Of a stretch of DNA of 64,000 nt, positions 58,357-64,000 are shown piece by piece. Within the stretch, counting starts at the first letter, position 1, and each line of letters begins with the position of its first letter. The stretch comes from Alphaproteobacteria bacterium (GTDB taxonomy: Bacteria > Pseudomonadota > Alphaproteobacteria > MPNO01). The notes below the pieces were generated by a model that worked only from the letters and a program-made list of their open reading frames with translations, was not told the origin of the DNA and did not search any database. The position numbers and the translations under genes are program-made. The stretch lies in the NCBI GenBank assembly GCA_964291675.2, contig OZ219866.1, forward strand, positions 2,816,001-2,880,000, in the 5' to 3' direction.

Positions 58357-59685
58357 ATGCCCGACGGTCCCGACAGGTCGCAGGAGTTCTTCGCCGCACT
58401 CGATATGCGCCGCGCCGGCATTCTCGACGCCTGCACCAGATGCGGCGACTGCGTGCGGGTGTGCCCGATGCCGGGGCCGGCGGGGCTCGACGTGTCGGAT
58501 GCCGAAGCCGTGGCCGCCGGCGTCATCGAGCTGATCCGCACCGGCGAGGGGCCCGACGCGGCGCGCCGCTGGGCGGAGATCTGCACCGGCAGCGGACACT
58601 GCATCCCGGCCTGCGAATACGGCGTCAATCCGCGCTTCATGCTGGCGCTCGCCCGCATCGCCGACTTGCGGAACACCCGCCCGGCGGCGGATCTCAGGAC
58701 CGGCGGCGGCAGGCAGTTCGGCGCCATGAGCCGGGGCGTGCAGACGCTGTCGCGTCTCCAGCTCCCGCCCGAGCTGCTGGCGCGGCTCGGCCAGATCGGC
58801 GCGCTCGCGCCCGAGCCGGAGCGCCCGGAGACCATCTTCTACACCGGCTGCAACGTGCTGAAGACGCCGCATATCGCGCTCCTGTGCCTCGACGTGATGG
58901 ACGCGCTCGGGGTCGAGTACGTGGTGCGCGGCGGGCCCAGCTATTGCTGCGGCGTCTACCAGTTCCGCGCCGGCGATCTCGACAAATTCGCCGATCTGTC
59001 CGGGCGCACCATCGACCGTTTCGCCGACAGCGGCGTGGACGAGGTGCTGTCCTGGTGCCCGAGCTGCCAGGTCCATCTCGGCGAGGCCGCGCTGGAGACC
59101 CGCGAGGCGGCGGGCGATTCGCCCTTCGACCTCACCCCCTTCGTGATCTGGCTCGAGAGCCGGCTCGACGATCTGCGCCCGCTGATGACCCGGCCGGTGG
59201 ACAAGCGCGTCGGGCTGCACGAGCACCCGGGCGTCGCCGGCATCGCGGAGGCCGCCGAGACCATACTCCGCGCGATCCCGGGGCTCGACTTCGTCGACCT
59301 CGCACAGCCCCGCGTCGGCTACATGTGCAACACGCTGTCGGTGCTGCCCGACTACAAGCGGGACGTGCACGCCGAGCAGCTCGCGGCGGCGGAGGCGGCC
59401 GGGGTCGACGCGCTGGCCGGGATCTACCACGCCTGCCACCGCGAGCTCTGCACCCACGAGCGCGACTGGCCGTTCGAGGTGGTCAATTTCATGGAGCTGG
59501 TGGGCGAGAGCATGGGGCTCGCCCGTCCCGATTTGTTCAAGCGGCTCAAGATCATGCAGGACGCCGACACCATCCTGGCCGACAGCGCCGAGACGATCGC
59601 CGAGTACGGTCTCGACGCCGGCCGCGTCCGCGAGGTGGTGGTGAGCGCGATGCTCGCCGAGCAGCCTTTGCCGCTGGGGCGTTAG
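58357..59685 (+). CDS. (Fe-S)-binding protein with CCG domains (GlpC/HdrD-like)
   Basis: CTRCGDCVRVCP, CTGSGHCIPAC, YTGCN, CCG, WCPSC and YHACH motifs. Confidence 0.85.
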   Translation: MPDGPDRSQEFFAALDMRRAGILDACTRCGDCVRVCPMPGPAGLDVSDAEAVAAGVIELIRTGEGPDAARRWAEICTGSGHCIPACEYGVNPRFMLALARIADLRNTRPAADLRTGGGRQFGAMSRGVQTLSRLQLPPELLARLGQIGALAPEPERPETIFYTGCNVLKTPHIALLCLDVMDALGVEYVVRGGPSYCCGVYQFRAGDLDKFADLSGRTIDRFADSGVDEVLSWCPSCQVHLGEAALETREAAGDSPFDLTPFVIWLESRLDDLRPLMTRPVDKRVGLHEHPGVAGIAEAAETILRAIPGLDFVDLAQPRVGYMCNTLSVLPDYKRDVHAEQLAAAEAAGVDALAGIYHACHRELCTHERDWPFEVVNFMELVGESMGLARPDLFKRLKIMQDADTILADSAETIAEYGLDAGRVREVVVSAMLAEQPLPLGR

Positions 59686-60486
59686 CTAACTCCCCGAGCC
59701 CAGCGCCCGTTCGAGGTCGCTGTTCAAGAACTCCATCGAGTCGTCGCTCAGCCCGCGCAGGCACTCGCGGAACGAGGCGACGATGCGGTTCGCGGTCTTG
59801 AACTTGCAGAGCCCGTAGTTGAACCGGGCGAAGCCGATGGCGGCGCCGGAGACCCCGCTCGCCTCGGCCTCGGCAACCATCGATGCCCACACCGCGTCCC
59901 GGTCGCCGGCGGGAAGCGCGTTGGACATCCGGGTCATCAGCCGCACCGCGGGCATGCGGTCGGGCTCCCGGTCGACGATCGCCGTCGCGAGCCGCCGGCC
60001 GTGGCCGGTCGCGGCCGCGATCTCGCCCGCCGTCTGCGGGCGCCGGTCCTCGGCGGCGGCGACCGGGATTGCCGACACGTTGCCGCCGACCGCGATTGCG
60101 GCATGCTCCAGCCCGTGCCGGTCGAGCAGGGCGCGCGGGACCGAGACGGTCACCGCGACATGGGTGCGGGAGGCGGCGATGGCCGTCGCGCCGTCGAGAC
60201 TTAGCGAAACCTCCCTCCCGTCCGCGCCGCGCCCGACAAGGGCGAGCGACTGTCCGTCGGCCAGGCGGTAGGCGCGGCCCGGCTGCGGCACGCGGCGGCC
60301 GGGCTGGAGGCAGAGCGTCGGCAGCTCGGCGCGGCACACATCGCCCGCGCAGGCCAGCGCGACCGGCCGGTCGGTCGAGAACAGCGCCAGCACCTGCGGC
60401 GCGGCGGCGGCGCCCGACGCGGCGAAGGCGGCCGGGGCGGCCACGAGAACGCTCGCCAGGGTCCGGTGGAAAGCCCGGTCGTTCAT
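59686..60486 (-). CDS. Hypothetical exported protein
   Basis: GGAGG RBS, Ala-rich signal-like N-terminus, GC3-rich codon usage, five Cys. Confidence 0.65.
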   Translation of the reverse strand: MNDRAFHRTLASVLVAAPAAFAASGAAAAPQVLALFSTDRPVALACAGDVCRAELPTLCLQPGRRVPQPGRAYRLADGQSLALVGRGADGREVSLSLDGATAIAASRTHVAVTVSVPRALLDRHGLEHAAIAVGGNVSAIPVAAAEDRRPQTAGEIAAATGHGRRLATAIVDREPDRMPAVRLMTRMSNALPAGDRDAVWASMVAEAEASGVSGAAIGFARFNYGLCKFKTANRIVASFRECLRGLSDDSMEFLNSDLERALGSGS

Positions 60487-60644
60487 GGTTTCCTCCCGTT
60501 CCGTCACCGTCGGCCCCCGCCTTCGCGGGGACGGGCACGGGCCGACCGTCCACGTTTCGTCCGATTTCGATCCCGCGTCAACACGCAAGACGCCCGACGC
60601 ATGGGAAGAATCGGGAAATGCATATCGCGCGGGGTGCGGTGCGT

Positions 60645-60681
60645 CCCGCGATACGGCGCTTCGCGCCTGCTCGGGATGGGG
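60645..60681. repeat. Single degenerate arm of the REP-like family (copy F)
   Basis: CCCGCGATACGGCGCTTCGCGCCTGCTCGGGATGGGG. Confidence 0.75.
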
Positions 60682-60741
60682 CATGGCGATGAGGGCGGAC
60701 CGCGCCCGGCTCTCCCTGCTCCCCTACCGCCACCACCACCC

Positions 60742-60779
60742 CGTCATGGCCGGACTTGATCCGGGGGCCGGCCATGACG
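60742..60779. repeat. CGTC-tagged REP palindrome
   Basis: CGTCATGGCCGG-ACTTGATCCGGGGG-CCGGCCATGACG, a 12-bp perfect inverted repeat. Confidence 0.75.
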
Positions 60780-60884
60780 CGGGCAGGTAAGACGTCGACC
60801 ATGACCGGCGGCGGTCCCCTCGTCGATCCGTGCCAGCCGACAGCTCGTCAAGTAATCTGGACAAGCCCCTATCGAAGGACGGCC

Positions 60885-62552
60885 TCAGCCGCCCGACGCC
60901 TCCTGCTCGCGCAGGCGGAAGCGCTGCATCTTGCCGGTCTCGGTCTTCGGCAGGTCGCCGACGAACTCGATCTCGCGCGGGTATTTGTAGGGGGCGATCT
61001 CCGCCTTCACGAAATCCTGCAGGCGCCGCGCCGTCTCCGACCCTGCGTCGGTCCCCTCGCGCAGCACCACGAACGCCTTGACGATGTTGGTGCGCGCCGC
61101 GTCCGGCTTGCCGATCACCGCGCATTCGGCGACCGCGGGATGGTCCAGCAGCGCCGCCTCGACCTCCGGGCCGGAAATGTTGTAGCCGGCGGAGATGATC
61201 ATGTCGTCGGCCCGCGCGACATAGCGGAAATACCCGTCGGCGTCGGTCTCGTAGACGTCGCCCGGGTAGTTCCAGCCGTCGCGGACATAGACCTGCTGGC
61301 GGTCGATGTCGTCGAGATAGCGGCAGCCGGTGGGCCCCCGCACCGCGAGCAGCCCGGGCTCGCCGGGCGGCAGGGTGTTGCCCGCCTCGTCGACGACGCG
61401 CGCCCGGTAGCCCGGGATCGCGCGCCCGGTGAGGCCGGCGCGCATCTCCTCCCTCGGCGCGGAGACAAAGATGTGCAGCATCTCGGTCGAGCCCAGCCCG
61501 TCGACGATGGGAATCCCGGTTGCGTCGTAAAACGCCTCCCAGGTCGCCCGGGGCAGGGTCTCGCCGGCGGAGACGCATTTGGCGAGGCTCGACAAATCGT
61601 GCCGGCCGGCGATGTCGGCCATCGCGCGGTAGGCGGTGGGCGCGGTGTAGAGGCTGGTGATGCGGTAGCGCGCGACCGCCTCGATCATCTCTTCCGGCGC
61701 GACGGGTCCGGGGAAGAAGCGGGTCGAGGCGCCGAAGCGCATCGGAAACGCGGTCAGCCCGCCGAGGCCGAAGGTGAAGGCGAGCGGCGGCGTGCCGGCG
61801 AACACGTCGTCCGGCGCCGACATGTCGAAATAGCGCGGGAAGCAGTCGCACATCGCGATCACGTCGCGGTGGAAATGCACCGTCGCCTTGGGATTGCCCG
61901 TGGTGCCCGAGGTGAAGGCGATCAGCGAGACGTCGTCCGATGCGGTGTCGCAGTTGCCGAACCCCGCTCGCTTCGCCCCGGCCGCGCGATCGAGCGAGGC
62001 GCGGTCCGGCCGGTCGCCGAGCGGCGTGAAGGTGAGCAGGTGCCGGAGCAGCCCCCCGCTGCGGTCGCGCGCCGCCTCCATCTCCTCCATCAGCGCGAGG
62101 TCGCAGAGCGCATGGGAGATCTGCGCCTTCTCGACGATGTGGACCAGCTCGCGCGCGCGCAAGAGCTGCATCGTGGTGACGCAGATGCCGCCCGCCTTGA
62201 GCACCGCGAACCAGCAGGCCACCAGCATCGGCGTGTTGGCCGAGCGCAGCAGCACCCGGTTGCCCGGCACCAGGCCGCAATCCTCGACCAGCACGCGGGC
62301 GATCCGCTCGGCGAGGTCCTGGAGCGCGCCGTAGCTCCACGTCGTGGCGTCGAAATGGAGGACGGGGCGGTCGCGGTGGCCGGCGGCGGCGGTCCCGTCG
62401 AGCAGGATCGCGCCGCAATTCATGCGGTCGGGATAGGCGCGGAGCTCGGGCAGGCTGTCGTAATCGAAGACCGGCCACAGCTCCCCGGGCGGCAGGTTCT
62501 CCGCCGCGAACCGGTCGGGATGGGCGCTCGGACCGCCGCCCGGCTCAGCCAT
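60885..62552 (-). CDS. Aryl-CoA ligase (2-aminobenzoate/benzoate-CoA ligase-like)
   Basis: FTSGTTGNPK, HFHRD, PPLAFTFGLG, SAGETL, DGLGSTEMLHIF, GPTGCRY and APYKYPR motifs. Confidence 0.85.
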   Translation of the reverse strand: MAEPGGGPSAHPDRFAAENLPPGELWPVFDYDSLPELRAYPDRMNCGAILLDGTAAAGHRDRPVLHFDATTWSYGALQDLAERIARVLVEDCGLVPGNRVLLRSANTPMLVACWFAVLKAGGICVTTMQLLRARELVHIVEKAQISHALCDLALMEEMEAARDRSGGLLRHLLTFTPLGDRPDRASLDRAAGAKRAGFGNCDTASDDVSLIAFTSGTTGNPKATVHFHRDVIAMCDCFPRYFDMSAPDDVFAGTPPLAFTFGLGGLTAFPMRFGASTRFFPGPVAPEEMIEAVARYRITSLYTAPTAYRAMADIAGRHDLSSLAKCVSAGETLPRATWEAFYDATGIPIVDGLGSTEMLHIFVSAPREEMRAGLTGRAIPGYRARVVDEAGNTLPPGEPGLLAVRGPTGCRYLDDIDRQQVYVRDGWNYPGDVYETDADGYFRYVARADDMIISAGYNISGPEVEAALLDHPAVAECAVIGKPDAARTNIVKAFVVLREGTDAGSETARRLQDFVKAEIAPYKYPREIEFVGDLPKTETGKMQRFRLREQEASGG

Positions 62553-62743
62553 CGACCGCCTCCATCCCGTCCCTTCCGAGGTTCATGCCGGCAGGATAGC
62601 AAAATCCGTGTTCCGGTGACTCCTTGCACCATGCCTGCCCCCCCGTCATGGCGGGCAAAGTGGCACGGCATCGCAAGGCATGGAAGTTTGGAGACAGGAC
62701 AGTAGTCTGTAGCCCCGCAACCCGCAGATCGGAGGGCGTGGAC

Positions 62744-63826
62744 ATGGCCGCATCGCCAGCCGACTACCTCGCCATCGACGCGGACGGGCACGTCCACGAA
62801 GAGGACGCGATGTTCGCCGAATACCTGGAGCCCGGCTTTCGCGCGCGCACGCAGGGCTGGGCGCTCAACGCCGACAGGAACCGGCGATTCGTCGTCGACG
62901 GCGAGGAGCACCCGCCGTTTCCGAAGGAGATCTCGGTCCGCAAGCCGATGCCGCCCGAGAGCCGGATCGAGGTGCTCGACAAGGAGCGCATCCGGCTCGC
63001 GGTGCTCTACCCCTCCGCCGCGCTGGTCGCGGGCTATCTGGAGCCCGGCTTCAGCCACGCCGCGATCCGCGCCTACAACGCCTGGATGGCGGATTGGTGC
63101 GGCGCCTTTCCCGAACGCCTCAAATTCGCCGCCCCGGTGGCGCTGCACGACATCGACGAGGCGGTCGGCGAGGCGCGCCGCGCGGTCGCCGAGCTCGGTG
63201 CGGTGGCGGTGACCGTCCGGCCCAACCCGGTCGGCGGAAGGCGGCTCGACCACCCGAGCCGGGAGCCGCTCTGGGAAGCGGTCGCGGAGCTCGGCGTGCC
63301 GCTGGTCGTGCACGAATCGACCGGCGATCCGGCGACCGCCGGCGGCGACCGTTATGGCGGGATGATGCGCCCGGAGAGCTACGTCTTCCACCACGTCGTC
63401 TCGCACCCCTTCGAGCAGATGATGGCGGCGATGGCGCTGATCTGCGGCGGCGTGCTGGAACGCCACAAGGCGCTCAAAGTCGGTTTCTTCGAGGCCGGCT
63501 GCTCCTGGGCGCCCTACTGGCTGGCGCGGCTCGACGACCATTTCGAGCACCCGCGGCTCGGTCGCTACATGCGCGGCCTCACGATGCGTCCGAGCGAGTA
63601 TTTCGCGCGCCAGTGCGCCGTCACCTGCGATCCCGGCGATCCGACCGTGCCGCTCGCGGTCGACGGGCTCGGCGCCGACAAGATCCTGTTTGCCACCGAC
63701 TACCCGCATTTCGACTCGGGCGCCGGCCCGGTGCGGGAGTTCCTGGAGGCGGCCCGGCCCGGCGAGGACGACGCGCGAAGAATCCTGCGCGACAACGCGC
63801 TCGACTTCTACGGGCTCGCCGGATGA
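62744..63826 (+). CDS. Amidohydrolase_2-family protein
   Basis: IDADGH, AYNAWM, FFEAG and FATDYPH motifs. Confidence 0.85.
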   Translation: MAASPADYLAIDADGHVHEEDAMFAEYLEPGFRARTQGWALNADRNRRFVVDGEEHPPFPKEISVRKPMPPESRIEVLDKERIRLAVLYPSAALVAGYLEPGFSHAAIRAYNAWMADWCGAFPERLKFAAPVALHDIDEAVGEARRAVAELGAVAVTVRPNPVGGRRLDHPSREPLWEAVAELGVPLVVHESTGDPATAGGDRYGGMMRPESYVFHHVVSHPFEQMMAAMALICGGVLERHKALKVGFFEAGCSWAPYWLARLDDHFEHPRLGRYMRGLTMRPSEYFARQCAVTCDPGDPTVPLAVDGLGADKILFATDYPHFDSGAGPVREFLEAARPGEDDARRILRDNALDFYGLAG

Positions 63827-64000
63827 TCGTCGAGCGCCGCGAGAGCTGGGAGGCGACTCGGGCGGCGTTTCGCTGGCGGCTGCCGGCACGCTACAACATC
63901 GCCGAGCATGTCTGCGAGCGCCATGTCGCGAGCCGGCGCCCGGCGCTGATCTGCCCCGGCGAGGCGGGCAGCAATTCCCGCGAATGGTCGTTCCGCGAGC
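63823..64000 (+). CDS. Probable acyl-CoA synthetase, N-terminus only (3'-truncated)
   Basis: ATGA overlap; MIVERRESWEATRAAFRWRLPARYNIAEHVCERH...PALI resembles AMP-binding enzyme N-termini. Confidence 0.6.
   Translation, partial: MIVERRESWEATRAAFRWRLPARYNIAEHVCERHVASRRPALICPGEAGSNSREWSFRE

Noticed and set aside
62661-62676. Sigma54 promoter TGGCACGGCATCGCA
   Set aside because: GG-to-GC spacing is 9 nt rather than the required 10
62622-62678. Imperfect inverted repeat in a divergent promoter region
   Set aside because: Multiple mismatches in GC-rich DNA; cannot be distinguished from chance

Overview
High-GC, gene-dense chromosomal window, probably from an alphaproteobacterium (Rhodospirillales-like, possibly a sponge symbiont; this is inferred from the REP-type repeats and an autotransporter-like protein, not proven). 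It is almost entirely catabolic: three Rieske oxygenase systems, two molybdenum-hydroxylase loci, a catabolic-type (non-respiratory) reductive dehalogenase, amidases, amidohydrolases, SDRs, acyl-CoA ligases, and TRAP, MFS and MMPL transporters. It also carries selenocysteine machinery (selC tRNA-Sec, selA, selB), glnS, a PduO-type adenosyltransferase and one HigBA-like toxin-antitoxin pair. I found no CRISPR array, transposase, integrase or rRNA. Most notable: (1) a co-oriented run in which a TA module with a palindromic, apparently leaderless promoter sits directly ahead of Rieske oxygenase, amidohydrolase, Mo-hydroxylase, reductive dehalogenase and hydrolase genes; (2) a dispersed palindromic repeat family whose inner hairpin changes sequence in most copies but keeps its pairing, and which supplies the C-terminus of one gene; (3) two genes that appear to start at CTG through CTGA overlap; (4) an autotransporter-like protein with a small 6-Cys passenger domain; (5) enzymes with non-canonical active-site residues. 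All calls come from reading motifs by eye; no database search was run.
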